A stretch of DNA of 64,000 nucleotides from an uncultured delta proteobacterium (lineage in GTDB: Bacteria > Desulfobacterota > Binatia > UBA9968): NCBI GenBank assembly GCA_963745035.1, contig CAVUVW010000027.1, positions 192,001 through 256,000 on the forward strand, read 5' to 3'. Below, piece by piece: positions 9,707 through 19,759 of the stretch. The notes beneath the pieces were generated by a model, which made no database searches, was not told the origin of the DNA, and was given only the letters and a program-made list of their open reading frames with translations. The translations under genes and the position numbers were made by a program. Numbering within the stretch: position 1 is the first letter of the stretch; each line of letters begins with the position of its first letter.

Positions 9707-11344
9707 ATGGAAATTTTTGACGCTGAATTCTTTGTGCTGACCCTCGCCCTGGTGGGCGTTGTAATCATCATCGCGGCGCTACTCTCCGGCCTCATCGATA
9801 GCAGCGACCTCCCGCAAGTCGGCGTTTTTTTAGCGCTCGGCGCGATGCTCGGCCCGGCCGGCTTGGGACTGCTCGACGTGACTCTGGATTCGCCGATCCT
9901 TCGCGTCGTGGCTACCTTGAGTCTGGTTCTGGTCTTGTTCACGGATGCCGTCAGCCTGACCATCGCGGAAATGAGCCGCCATGGCGCGCTCGCCTTTCGT
10001 GTCTTGGGTCCCGGGACACTTCTTTCCGCAGCACTGGTGTCCCTGGCGGGATGGAAGCTGCTCGAGCTTCCTCTTCCGGCAGCGGCGATCCTGGGCGCAG
10101 CGCTCGCTTCGACCGACCCGGTGATGCTGCGCGGTTTGCTTCGACGACCGGGTCTTCCGGAACCAGTGCGCCTGGCGCTGCGGCTCGAAAGCGGCCTTAA
10201 CGACGTGGTTCTTCTGCCCGTCATTCTGGTAGCGATGTCATTTCTCGGTCGGGAAGCGTTTCCCACACCCACCGAGTGGGCGCGCGTCGGTCTCGACCTG
10301 TTTCTTTTGGGACCCGGCGCCGGAATCGCAGTGGGGCTGCTCGGAACCTCCGCGCTGGAAATGATCAGGCGTAAGACTGGAGTCCTGCGCGATTATGAAT
10401 CGATTTATTCACTGGGCATAGCCTTCACGGCTTACGCCGCCGCGGAAGCGGTTCACGGCAGCGGCTTTCTCGCCGCGTTCGCGGCCGGGTTGACCATCGC
10501 GGCCCTCGACGTCGAGCTTTGTGATTGTTTTCTCGAATACGGCCAAACCACTGCCGAGATGGCGCTGCTTTTTACCTTCGTGCTCTTCGGCGCCTCACTG
10601 ATCTGGGGTGGATTTACCGTGTTGAGCTGGCCGGTTGCTCTCTTCGCCCTGGTCGCGCTGCTGATCCGTCCGGTGGCATTTTTCATCTCCCTCGCCGGCA
10701 CCCGGTTGGACTTCCGCAGTCGCATGTTGATCGCCTGGTTTGGACCCCGCGGTCTCAGCTCGCTGCTCTTGATCCTCGTGCCCGTGTTCGCCGCCGTTCC
10801 CGGCACCGAGCCTTTGTTTTTCATCTGCTGCTTTTTCGTCCTGCTTTCCATCGCCCTGCACGGCGGTTCGCTGATGTTCCTTAAACGCAATGGATCTCGA
10901 GCCAGAGTGCCGGCGACCGCCGCGACCAATCTTGCCGGCAACGCCACGCCAGATCTGCCGGCGGATTCAACTTCAACAACGGGCACCAACCAAGGCGTCG
11001 ATCTCATCACGATCCCGGAGATGCGCGCTATCCAGCAATCCGGCGCGCCGAATCTCGTTCTCGATGTGCGCGCCGAACGCAGTCTCGCCGCCAGCGACCT
11101 GCTCGCGCAGGGGGCGGTCAGAGTTCCGCCAGATCGCCCGGTCGAGCGTCTCAAAGAGCTCGACGTACCGCGCCAGACCTGGCTCTTCGCCTTTTGTGCT
11201 TGACCCGACGAAGCGACAAGCGCCCGTGTGGCGCGAGAGCTTAAAAAAGCCGGATGGAGCAAAGCGCGCGCGCTGGTCGGCGGCTGGGAAGCCTGGCAAG
11301 CAGCCGGATTGCCGGTCGAGGCGAAGCCGATGCAGGCAATTTGA
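9707..11344 (+). CDS. NhaP/CPA1 cation:proton antiporter fused to C-terminal rhodanese domain; in-frame TGA at 11201-11203 probably selenocysteine
   Basis: LASTDP, LESGLND, SGFLAAF and WFGPRGLSS CPA1 motifs; rhodanese VLDVR...GAVR...FCA-TGA-PDEATSARVARELKKAGW...ALVGGWEAWQAAGLPVE continues in frame to the stop at 11342-11344. Confidence 0.8.
11204..11240 (+). promoter_or_regulatory. candidate bacterial SECIS hairpin
   Basis: Stem GCGCC (11220-11224)/GGCGC (11230-11234) with apical loop CGTGT starting 21 nt after the TGA; G then U near the start of the loop. Confidence 0.55.
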
Positions 11345-11516
11345 TGATTGCGACGTGGTCGTCATGGTGTCTACCAAATCTGGACAGAAGTATAGTTTTC
11401 AAAGCGCTTTGATTTTTTGAACGTCTCGAACGGGGCGAAGCTGTGAACGGCTTGAATGCAACCGTTCAGCAAATGTTTGCTCCTCGCTCCTTTCCTCCAC
11501 TCCTCCTGCGGCCGCG

Positions 11517-12545
11517 CTACTTCTCCAAGAGCGGTTTCATCCGCTCGAGCAGTTCTGCCGGCACAGTGCCGATCTCCCGTCCCAGAGCCTCGACCTCCTC
11601 GCCAGTCATTAAACTGGGCTCGAGCCCTTTGCTCTTGGCATCGGCGATGACATCAGGATCCTTGATCATTTTATTAAATCCGTCGCGCAGCGCTTTGAGG
11701 CGATCGGCGGGCATTCCCGGAGGGCCGAAAAACGGCCGGCCCATTTCGTCGGGGAGCACGAAAATTTTCGCGATCCGCCGGTGCAGGTCGCTGACTTTTT
11801 GCTTGTCCATCCACTCCCACACGGTGGGCACATTGGGCAGATTGGCATGACGCTTCTGTCCGCCCTGAGTGAGCACGCGGACAAAACCTGTCTTGGCCCA
11901 AGTGCGGCCCGGCTCGCTGCCGAAATAGGCCTGCACCGAGCCGCACCAACACTGCATCTCGCCACGCTCGATCGCCAGATTGGCATCGGCTGCGCCTTGA
12001 TAGCCCGGCACCATGGTCAATTTAAGGCCAAAGGCTTCCTGGAGAAGCCTGGGGAAATAGTAGGCCGCCGTGCCCAGCCCCGTTGCGGCGCACTTGGGGG
12101 GCTCAACGGCATTGCGCAGGTCCAGCAAAGTTTTGTAAGGAGTGTCGGCCCGGATATAGAAAATTCGATCGGTCTTCTCCGGGGAGCCGATCCAACTGTA
12201 CTTGAACCACTCGAACTTGATTTCGGGTTGGCCAGAGAGCTGCTGGATGTAGAGCCCGGGGCTCACCACGCCAAGGGTCAAGCCGTCCGGCTTGGCGACG
12301 CTGTAGATATAGTTTGCCGCGATCATCGAACCGCCGCCTGTCATGTTTTGCACCACGAAGGTCGGATTGCCCGCAACGTATTTACCCAGATACTGAGCGA
12401 TGATCCGCGCCCACACGTCGAACGCCCCGCCCGCGGTGAACCCGACGCGGATTGTTACAGTCTGGCCCTGGTAGAAAGGTGTCTGGGCCGCAAGATCGGA
12501 TTGCCAAAGCAAACAAGCGACCAGCGCCAACAGTAATTTTTTCAT
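11517..12545 (-). CDS. tripartite tricarboxylate transporter (Bug/TctC) substrate-binding protein
   Basis: Signal peptide; GFTAGGAFDVWAR, VQNMTGGGS, AKPDGLT and PGYQG motifs. Confidence 0.9.
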   Translation of the reverse strand: MKKLLLALVACLLWQSDLAAQTPFYQGQTVTIRVGFTAGGAFDVWARIIAQYLGKYVAGNPTFVVQNMTGGGSMIAANYIYSVAKPDGLTLGVVSPGLYIQQLSGQPEIKFEWFKYSWIGSPEKTDRIFYIRADTPYKTLLDLRNAVEPPKCAATGLGTAAYYFPRLLQEAFGLKLTMVPGYQGAADANLAIERGEMQCWCGSVQAYFGSEPGRTWAKTGFVRVLTQGGQKRHANLPNVPTVWEWMDKQKVSDLHRRIAKIFVLPDEMGRPFFGPPGMPADRLKALRDGFNKMIKDPDVIADAKSKGLEPSLMTGEEVEALGREIGTVPAELLERMKPLLEK

Positions 12546-12716
12546 CCTGCCCTCCAAAGGCCACCGATTCGAAGAATCATACCCGGGTCGGGAACTCTAT
12601 AGCCGTTTCTCTCAGCTCCCGCTACTGTTACATTGAAAGATGGACTCAGCAGCATGCGGATCCGTCAGGCGCATGCGCAGGTGTATAGAAGCAACTGAAA
12701 ACCATAGGCAAGACCC

Positions 12717-14708
12717 ATGCAAGACGAATCAGCTTCGACCGACACTTCTCCCCACGGCGTGGGCGGTGCCCGGTACTTCGATCTGTGGCGTGCGCAGGCG
12801 AAGCCGCTGAGTATCCTCGCGGCGTGCTGCACGCTCGCGGCGTCGAGCTACAGCGAATCCATGCTCATGTTTCTCAGTCAGTTCGCTTCGATATACTCAT
12901 TTTCCTTTCTCGTCATGCTGTTTGCGCTGGTATTGCCCGGAAGACTTTTTGTTCTGAGCATCCCGCTCGCGCTGGGGGCTTTAGACGCACTTGACCGCAT
13001 CAACCAACTCAAGATTTCCGCACTTTCCTTACCGATAACTTTCGTCGACGTGAGAACGGCCGTCGCCGACCCGGCGGTTCTTGTGAACGCTCTCGGCATA
13101 CGCGCTGAGCTCGACAGATTCGTATCCATCGCTTTCGGCGTGCTCGCTTTTGCGCTCCTTGCCGCCGCTTTCTACAAGCTTCGGGGTTATTCGTCTCTTG
13201 ATCACCTCAAGCTTTCGCGAGCACGCGGCCAAACCGGAACGCGATCTTTTTCCTTGATTGTGCATGTTGTTACGTTTGTCGTCGTCTTAACCGTCGCCCA
13301 GGATTGCCTAGTCAGGTACGGCAGATTCGTGCATGCCCGCGTTACCACAAACGCAACGAATCTAGGGCTGGAGCTTTGGCTGCCGTCGAGCCAGGTTACG
13401 CTGTCGCGGGAGCTGGGCGTTATGGAATATATGGCATTCTCATTCGCGACCAACGACGCGGCCGATGTCTCTCTCGAGCATGGGCTCGGCCCGACCGTCA
13501 AGGAATTGCGGCTTGCCGCTGCCCAGTTCGTCAACAGGTCAGTGCATCAGCCGAAGACGCTCTTGCCCAATATCGTATTTTTTCATGCGGAATCGACCTT
13601 CGATCCCGCCATCGCTTTCAGGCTTTCCGCGCCTGTCGAATTGCCTTTATGGTCCAAACAACGCGAGACAAGGGCGCTCGGTCCGCTGCGCGTGAACGTC
13701 ATTGGCGGGGGAAGCTGGGTTACGGAATTCGAGGTAGTCACCGGAGTCGACTCTAGAATTTTCGGGTATCAGGGTTTTTACACTCATTTCGATATCGCGC
13801 CGAAGGTGAAGAACTCTTTCGTAGAGTATCTGGTCAGGAAGGGATACAAGACGGCGGCGTTCTATCCTGTCGAAGGCAGTTTCTACAATACGGAGAAAGC
13901 ATTCAGGTCCTATGGCTTCAGGAAATTTGTCGATGGTCGGGTCCTACGTTTGCCGACGGACTGGGGAAGTCTCGTCGATCGCGACATCATCCGGGCAGTC
14001 ATCGAGCATGGCGCTTTCGAGAGCTCCGGTCCATTCTTTTACTTTGTCAGTACCTCTGAGAATCACGGCCCCCACCATTGCCGCTCTTTTGCGAGTGAAC
14101 AGCAATTTCTGACGACGTTTGCAGGAAAGGTGCCCTTTGAACAAAACTGCGAGCTTAATGAATACCTGAAACGAGCCGCATCCACATCCGACGCGTTCGA
14201 GCTCGTGCTCAATCAGTTAAGGCAGATCGAGATCCGGACGGGGAGACCTTTTGTCCTACTGGTCTATGGCGACCATCAACCGTGGTCCTTCACCAAGGGG
14301 GTCTATTCCGTACCGGGAGGGACTGCCGCGGAGGCGGGTTTCAAGGATTACTCCGGCGTTCGAACCGGTGCCGACGGCTATCAGACAGTCTTCCACTTGT
14401 TGGCATCGGACCGGACGGTTATACGGAGCCGCTTTACACAGCCGCCACCGGCAGCGCTTCTTCCCACTCTCGTGAGCGCGTTCGTCGCCACTTCTTATGA
14501 CGACCTTTATCTACCGGTAAACTTTCTTGCCTTCGCGAGCTGTGGCTCGGATATACGTGCCGCAGCTTGTGAGCGTTATGCGGAGCTTGCGCGCTCCGCG
14601 AAAGAGGCTTTGCTCAAAGAATCATCTTCGCAGGTCTTCGACATCGGAGCTCGACCAGCCCGCGGTCCTCGCCCGGTGGCGCAAACCGGGACCGTTTTGC
14701 CTCATTAA
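12717..14708 (+). CDS. LTA-synthase/sulfatase-like membrane phosphotransferase
   Basis: N-terminal TM helices; HAESTFDP, GGSWVTEFE, ENHGPH and YGDHQP alkaline-phosphatase-superfamily motifs. Confidence 0.75.
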   Translation: MQDESASTDTSPHGVGGARYFDLWRAQAKPLSILAACCTLAASSYSESMLMFLSQFASIYSFSFLVMLFALVLPGRLFVLSIPLALGALDALDRINQLKISALSLPITFVDVRTAVADPAVLVNALGIRAELDRFVSIAFGVLAFALLAAAFYKLRGYSSLDHLKLSRARGQTGTRSFSLIVHVVTFVVVLTVAQDCLVRYGRFVHARVTTNATNLGLELWLPSSQVTLSRELGVMEYMAFSFATNDAADVSLEHGLGPTVKELRLAAAQFVNRSVHQPKTLLPNIVFFHAESTFDPAIAFRLSAPVELPLWSKQRETRALGPLRVNVIGGGSWVTEFEVVTGVDSRIFGYQGFYTHFDIAPKVKNSFVEYLVRKGYKTAAFYPVEGSFYNTEKAFRSYGFRKFVDGRVLRLPTDWGSLVDRDIIRAVIEHGAFESSGPFFYFVSTSENHGPHHCRSFASEQQFLTTFAGKVPFEQNCELNEYLKRAASTSDAFELVLNQLRQIEIRTGRPFVLLVYGDHQPWSFTKGVYSVPGGTAAEAGFKDYSGVRTGADGYQTVFHLLASDRTVIRSRFTQPPPAALLPTLVSAFVATSYDDLYLPVNFLAFASCGSDIRAAACERYAELARSAKEALLKESSSQVFDIGARPARGPRPVAQTGTVLPH

Positions 14709-14896
14709 ACAGCGGTCCGTCGTTGTCCGACCATCGGTTCCCCTACGGCGGTCGGCGCAGAAACAATTCAGATGGACATTGCTCTGCCCGCAACGCGGGA
14801 GCACACAATGCAACCAATTCACTAATTCACTTATCCACTTGCGCTCAGCGTTTAGGGAATGTCATGAGGAGGTTCGATTAAATTCTCTAGTTGGTT

Positions 14897-15055
14897 TTAA
14901 TCTTCCCGAACTGACATCCCGCATTCGTCCTCGTGATCAAGCAGGCAACTCTCGCACAAACTGGCGCCGCAAGTAGTACAGTTGAATTCGTCGCCGTGGC
15001 GAATGTCGTGCCGGCATTGACCGCACTCTATGGTTCCATTGATGAGCTGAAACAT
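14897..15055 (-). CDS. small Cys/His-rich putative zinc-finger protein (52 aa)
   Basis: CGQC-x11-CTTC-x4-CESC-x3-H-x3-C; divergent from dinB. Confidence 0.55.
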   Translation of the reverse strand: MFQLINGTIECGQCRHDIRHGDEFNCTTCGASLCESCLLDHEDECGMSVRED

Positions 15056-15262
15056 CGTGACGCGTCGCTCTCGATCTCGCGTGCGAAGCGATCCACAAAA
15101 CGATTGATGCAATTCGTATATACGCGGCTTAGCACGATCGCATTGACACCGGCAATGAAAAAATCCGCAGCGCGAAAGTTTTTCCTTGGTTGTCGCCATT
15201 TCCGGACAAAACAATTTCCCGGCGTCGCAAAGCGGCCCCGATTATGAAACAATCCGCAGCCC

Positions 15263-16348
15263 ATGCGCATCATCGTGCACGTCGATATGGACGCGTTCTA
15301 TGCGGCGGTCGAGGAGCGCCTCAATCCCGCGCTGCGAAATCTTCCCGTTGTCGTCGGCGCCGACCCGAAGGAAGGTAAAGGCAGAGGCGTCGTCACCACG
15401 GCCAACTATAGGGCGCGAAAGTTCGGCATCCGCTCGGCTCTGCCGATCTCGCGCGCGTGGCGCTTTGCTGAAACGGCGCGCCGACGCGGCGAACCCGCAA
15501 CCGTTTTTATTCAGCCGAATATGCCTCTCTATCGCGAGGTCTCCGGCCGCATTATGCAAATCGTGCAGCGCTACGCCGACGCCTTCGAGGAGGCAAGCAT
15601 CGACGAAGCTTATCTCGATGTCTCGTCATCGGAGAATTTCGCCGCCGCGCGGAGCCGGGTGACGAGGCTCAAGGGCGAGATCCGCGACCGCGAGGGGCTC
15701 GGCTGCTCAGTCGGCATCGCTCCGAACAAGCTGATCGCGAAGATCGCCTCGGACCGGCAAAAACCGGATGGTCTGACCCTCGTCGAGCCCGAGCAGGTCG
15801 CCGATTTTCTCAATCCGCTTCCTATTCGAGTGATTCCAGGAATCGGGCCCAAGAGCGAACAGTTGCTTCACGAGAACCATCTTCGCACCGTCGAGGATCT
15901 GCGCCGGGTTCCGGAGTCCGCTCTGGTGGAGTGGTTTGGCAAATGGGGAAAGCGCCTATTCGAAAAAGTCCGCGGCGTCGATGACTCTGAAGTGTCCAAC
16001 GAATGGACGCGAAAATCCCTCGGCGAGCAGGAAACTTTTGAGGAGGATACGCGCGATCAGTCCATCGTCAGCGAGCGTCTCGATGGTATGGCGGAACGGA
16101 TCATCAGCAAGCTGACGGCCAAGGAGTTCAAAGGCTTTCGCGCGGTGACCTTAACCGTTCGCTTCGGTGACTTTCAGACGAGCAATCGCTCCCGTAGTCT
16201 GAAGGAGGGCATCCGCATCGATGACGATGCCTTGCGCCGGCTCAAAGAAGCGGCGTTGTCGCTTATCCTGCCTTTCTTTGACGCCCGCGAGAATCCGCGC
16301 GGAAAAGCATTCCGTCTGATCGGCCTACGCGTCGAGAAACTTTTTTGA
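15263..16348 (+). CDS. dinB: DNA polymerase IV (Y family)
   Basis: HVDMDAFYAAVE, NYRARKFGI, SIDEAYLD, AKIASDRQKPDG and IPGIG motifs. Confidence 0.95.
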   Translation: MRIIVHVDMDAFYAAVEERLNPALRNLPVVVGADPKEGKGRGVVTTANYRARKFGIRSALPISRAWRFAETARRRGEPATVFIQPNMPLYREVSGRIMQIVQRYADAFEEASIDEAYLDVSSSENFAAARSRVTRLKGEIRDREGLGCSVGIAPNKLIAKIASDRQKPDGLTLVEPEQVADFLNPLPIRVIPGIGPKSEQLLHENHLRTVEDLRRVPESALVEWFGKWGKRLFEKVRGVDDSEVSNEWTRKSLGEQETFEEDTRDQSIVSERLDGMAERIISKLTAKEFKGFRAVTLTVRFGDFQTSNRSRSLKEGIRIDDDALRRLKEAALSLILPFFDARENPRGKAFRLIGLRVEKLF

Positions 16349-16499
16349 CGAATGGGCGGCAGCCTGAGAGGACCCCCGCAGGCTGAGGCTAAAATCGTGG
16401 AAGTTCGCGTCCGAATCAGGAAAAGGTTTAGCCAGGGACTTATTCCGGTACTCAAAGTAGTCGCAAGACGTGTGGAGACAAAGGTTGGCGCGTTGCCGA

Positions 16500-17669
16500 T
16501 CACTGCTTTGGCGGCAGGTGATAGGCAACCGAGCCCGCTTTTCCCACGCGCAGGGATTCATCCAATTTGGTATCGATGATCGCGTGGTTTGGATCGCGAA
16601 AAACATTCATCGGGTCCAAGCCCTGCTCCACTTTCTTAATCTCGCGCCGCAGCAAATCCCGATACAACACAACCCCGCGGTCCGAAGCCGCAAGCCGTTC
16701 ACGAGTACGGTCGAGTATCGGCCCCTGGGTTTCCCACGCCATGAAATCTTGGGCGTCGACGTCATCGAGACGAAACTTGGTGAACGGATGGCGAACGTTG
16801 AGCGGATTCTTGAAAGGCTTGCGGTAGCTCACCGGCACATCGTCTTTGTTCGCCCGCGGCTCCGTCGAGTCCGGCACGAAATGGACGTAAACGATCCAAG
16901 TGTGGGTGTCGTCGATGGGCACGCGAATCTGTGTGCGATTGGCTTGTCGCAAAACGGTTGGAAACAGCAGCGGATGCTCTTCCACTTTGCCATCCTTGAA
17001 AAACCGTCGCTTGACTATGCCGCGATCGAATTCCTCGACCTCAAACTTTGTCAGGTTGTCGATGGTGCCGCGGGTCGTGCTCTCAACTTTAAAGCCGTCG
17101 GTGACAAGCTCTTGATGCAGTATATGCAAGTGGGCCGTGTCGACGGAGTTTTCCATCGCCTGAAGCCAGTTGCAGTCCAGTTGCGGCAACGCGCGCAACC
17201 AGTGCCAGCCATCGGTGCGCGCCCAGACATCGTACTTTGGAATCTCCGGCGCCGGCGGAGGCCCGAGGTAGGCCCAATAAAGGCCCGCCAACTTTTGGAC
17301 CGGATAAGCTTTGTGCTTCACAGTGCGGCAAAAATTGCTATCTGCCGGCTCGGCGGGGGTTTCAACGCAATTACCCTGAATATCGTAGAGCCAGCCATGA
17401 TAGGCGCAGGCAATGCCGCGTTCCTCGACTCTGCCATAAGATAGCGACGCGCCGCGATGCGAACAGCGATCGTGCAGGAGACCGGCTTCTCCCTTTTTGG
17501 TTTGAAATAACACCAGATCTTCGCAGAGGATCCTGACAAACTTCACCGGGTTGTCTTCCGGTAACTCCGCCGCAATGGCGATCGGATGCCAGTAGCGGCG
17601 CAGCAATTCTCCCGCCGGCGTTCCAGGACCAACGCGCGTCAATATTTCATTGTCTTCCGCTGTCAGCAT
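16500..17669 (-). CDS. Rieske non-heme iron oxygenase alpha subunit (phthalate 4,5-dioxygenase/LigX-like group)
   Basis: TRVGPGTPAGELLRRYW, CSHRG...CAYHGW, ENSVDTAHLHILH and QD motifs. Confidence 0.9.
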   Translation of the reverse strand: MLTAEDNEILTRVGPGTPAGELLRRYWHPIAIAAELPEDNPVKFVRILCEDLVLFQTKKGEAGLLHDRCSHRGASLSYGRVEERGIACAYHGWLYDIQGNCVETPAEPADSNFCRTVKHKAYPVQKLAGLYWAYLGPPPAPEIPKYDVWARTDGWHWLRALPQLDCNWLQAMENSVDTAHLHILHQELVTDGFKVESTTRGTIDNLTKFEVEEFDRGIVKRRFFKDGKVEEHPLLFPTVLRQANRTQIRVPIDDTHTWIVYVHFVPDSTEPRANKDDVPVSYRKPFKNPLNVRHPFTKFRLDDVDAQDFMAWETQGPILDRTRERLAASDRGVVLYRDLLRREIKKVEQGLDPMNVFRDPNHAIIDTKLDESLRVGKAGSVAYHLPPKQ

Positions 17670-17726
17670 ACCTGCTCCTTCTCGAAAGGTTATCTTCCGT
17701 GAATTGGTTCTTGGTTTCAACCAGAG

Positions 17727-18296
17727 TCAAATCTTCCGGCAGATCAGATCGCCCTTTGGAAATGGCAACAGCACGCAGTCTACCCGCGGATCATTTTCGG
17801 CACGGTTCAGAAGCTCCGTCTGGAGGCGGGGGGAAGTTACGTTATCGATGACGAGCAATCCACCGGACACGAGGCGCGGGACCGCTTTCTCGTAGACCAT
17901 GGCATTGAGCTCCGGAGGTTGAAGATCGGAGAAGCAAAACGCGATCTCGTCAAAACGGGTGGCGTAGTCGAGGGCGTCGCCATGAACGGCTTGGACCGAA
18001 CCTCCCGCTCCGGCGCGGGAGATATTCTCGCGGGCCAAGGCGACTTTCTTTTCATCGAGCTCGACTGTAGTGAGCGTAACGCCTCGCGCACGAGCGGCGA
18101 GCGACAGCCACAGAGTGGAATAGCCGGCGCTGCTCCCCAGCTCCAGAAATGCGCCCTGCGGCGCCGACACCGCAAGAAGCGAAAGGCAGCGCCCGACGTC
18201 CACGGCAACACTGCGCAGCGACCGCTGATCGCGTTCCGTCTGTTCCTCCAGCTCGCGCATCACTTGCCGCATGGCTGGGGAAATATCATGAAACAC
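17727..18296 (-). CDS. class I SAM-dependent O-methyltransferase (YrrM/caffeoyl-CoA OMT-like)
   Basis: LELGSSAGYST, VELD, GDA and GGLLVIDN motifs; GTG start overlaps the radical SAM stop. Confidence 0.85.
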   Translation of the reverse strand: MFHDISPAMRQVMRELEEQTERDQRSLRSVAVDVGRCLSLLAVSAPQGAFLELGSSAGYSTLWLSLAARARGVTLTTVELDEKKVALARENISRAGAGGSVQAVHGDALDYATRFDEIAFCFSDLQPPELNAMVYEKAVPRLVSGGLLVIDNVTSPRLQTELLNRAENDPRVDCVLLPFPKGDLICRKI

Positions 18297-19698
18297 GTGC
18301 GCCTCCCTCGAGGTTCTCGAACGGCACGCTGCGCCGGTTGATCTGCTCCTCGATGTCCTGTGGAAATAAATTTTCCTTTATCATCGCGAAGTCGCCGTAG
18401 GCGCCATGCACCGGGCCGAGCAAGTTGCGCTCGGCCAGGAGCCCCGGCTTGCGCGTGCCGAACTTCGGCAACTTGTCGCGATATTTTTGGTAGAGCTCAT
18501 ACCACGTGCGGGTCATTAGAATGTAATAGTCCAAAGGCACCGGCGGCTGCTCGGCCTCTTTGCACAGCGCGGTCGACGGCTCGCGCCGCCACTGTTGCGG
18601 CCGCGGGAAGATGCCGCGCGACATCAAGTATTCGAATCCGGAAGTCATGGACTTGACCGCTTCCTCAACAGTCTTGAACCCATGCGGCCGCGCCATTTCG
18701 ACGCCGGAGACAAAGCTCGGCTGCACCATGCCGTTGCCGAACACTTCGACCGCGTCTTCCATCCAGCGTACCCAGTTGTCCCAGCCGACGCGCTCAGCCT
18801 TGCCGGGATTGATCCACGGAAAGAGCTTCTTGTCCCACACCTCCATGTTGAAGTGGATGTGATCGGCGCCGGCATCCTTGTAGCGCTGCACTTCTTCGCG
18901 CGGCCGCGCGTTGACCTCGAAAGTGATGCGCGGCTTCGATGCGATGTTCTTGATGGCGCGAATGTACTCTTCGTAGAAATCCACTTCGCTCTTGCTATGC
19001 AGTGTCTTGGTGATGGTACCGCCGCTGAGCACGAAGTTTTGCCCGGCGCCGATCTTTTGCGCGTCCCCGGCGACGTGCTCGCATACCTTGACCACATCGG
19101 CCACCGACTTTACCGGCGCGTTCAAGGTGAAGTCGCGCGACAGCTTCATCTGGCGCGCGTTCTCGTTGATATCGCAGAATTTACACTCTTCCTTGGCGCC
19201 CCAGTATTGGCAGTTGCGAAAGATCGTAATGAATGAGCCGAAGGCGACAATCTCATGATAAGGCGTGCCGTCCGGCAAGTTCTTGAAATAGTAGTCCGGC
19301 GTTTTAGGGATACGCACGTGCGCTACTACATGCCCGTCCACGGTCAAGACGAGCCTGCCATCAACGACGTCGATGAGATAAGGTGAGTAGGGCGACAACG
19401 AAGTTTGAATAGCCACCGGGCGCATGTCGTAGGGCCCGTTCAAAAGAACAAAGTGCTCGGGGACGCGCCGGTGCTCGTTCCTCTTGAACTCCGACATCGG
19501 CACGAGGTCATAGGAAAACAATCTATACGACTTGACCAGCGCGCCTGCCGAAGCGTCGAGGGCGGCGTCGCTGAACCAGTGGCCGAGGCTCAGCATATGT
19601 TGCTTGAGGATCGTCTCCTTGGGCACGTCCGGGTATTTTTTGAAATACGATTCCAACGCATCAAGGTTGGAGTCCGTCGCGGCCGACGTTTTTGCCAT
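18286..19698 (-). CDS. radical SAM protein with atypical CX8CX2C motif
   Basis: CQYWGAKEECKFC, LSGG, GAD-HFNMEVW, PGK and SFVSGVE; reminiscent of biotin-synthase-like/MSMEG_0568-type proteins. Confidence 0.8.
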   Translation of the reverse strand: MAKTSAATDSNLDALESYFKKYPDVPKETILKQHMLSLGHWFSDAALDASAGALVKSYRLFSYDLVPMSEFKRNEHRRVPEHFVLLNGPYDMRPVAIQTSLSPYSPYLIDVVDGRLVLTVDGHVVAHVRIPKTPDYYFKNLPDGTPYHEIVAFGSFITIFRNCQYWGAKEECKFCDINENARQMKLSRDFTLNAPVKSVADVVKVCEHVAGDAQKIGAGQNFVLSGGTITKTLHSKSEVDFYEEYIRAIKNIASKPRITFEVNARPREEVQRYKDAGADHIHFNMEVWDKKLFPWINPGKAERVGWDNWVRWMEDAVEVFGNGMVQPSFVSGVEMARPHGFKTVEEAVKSMTSGFEYLMSRGIFPRPQQWRREPSTALCKEAEQPPVPLDYYILMTRTWYELYQKYRDKLPKFGTRKPGLLAERNLLGPVHGAYGDFAMIKENLFPQDIEEQINRRSVPFENLEGGARVS

Positions 19699-19759
19699 CT
19701 CACGCTTCCTTTCGCCGGTAATCTATCCCTTGCTTTGCCCTGCGCGCTCGCCCGAGCTG

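Noticed and set aside
15056-15262. SOS/LexA box upstream of dinB
   Set aside because: No convincing palindrome matching a LexA motif I can identify
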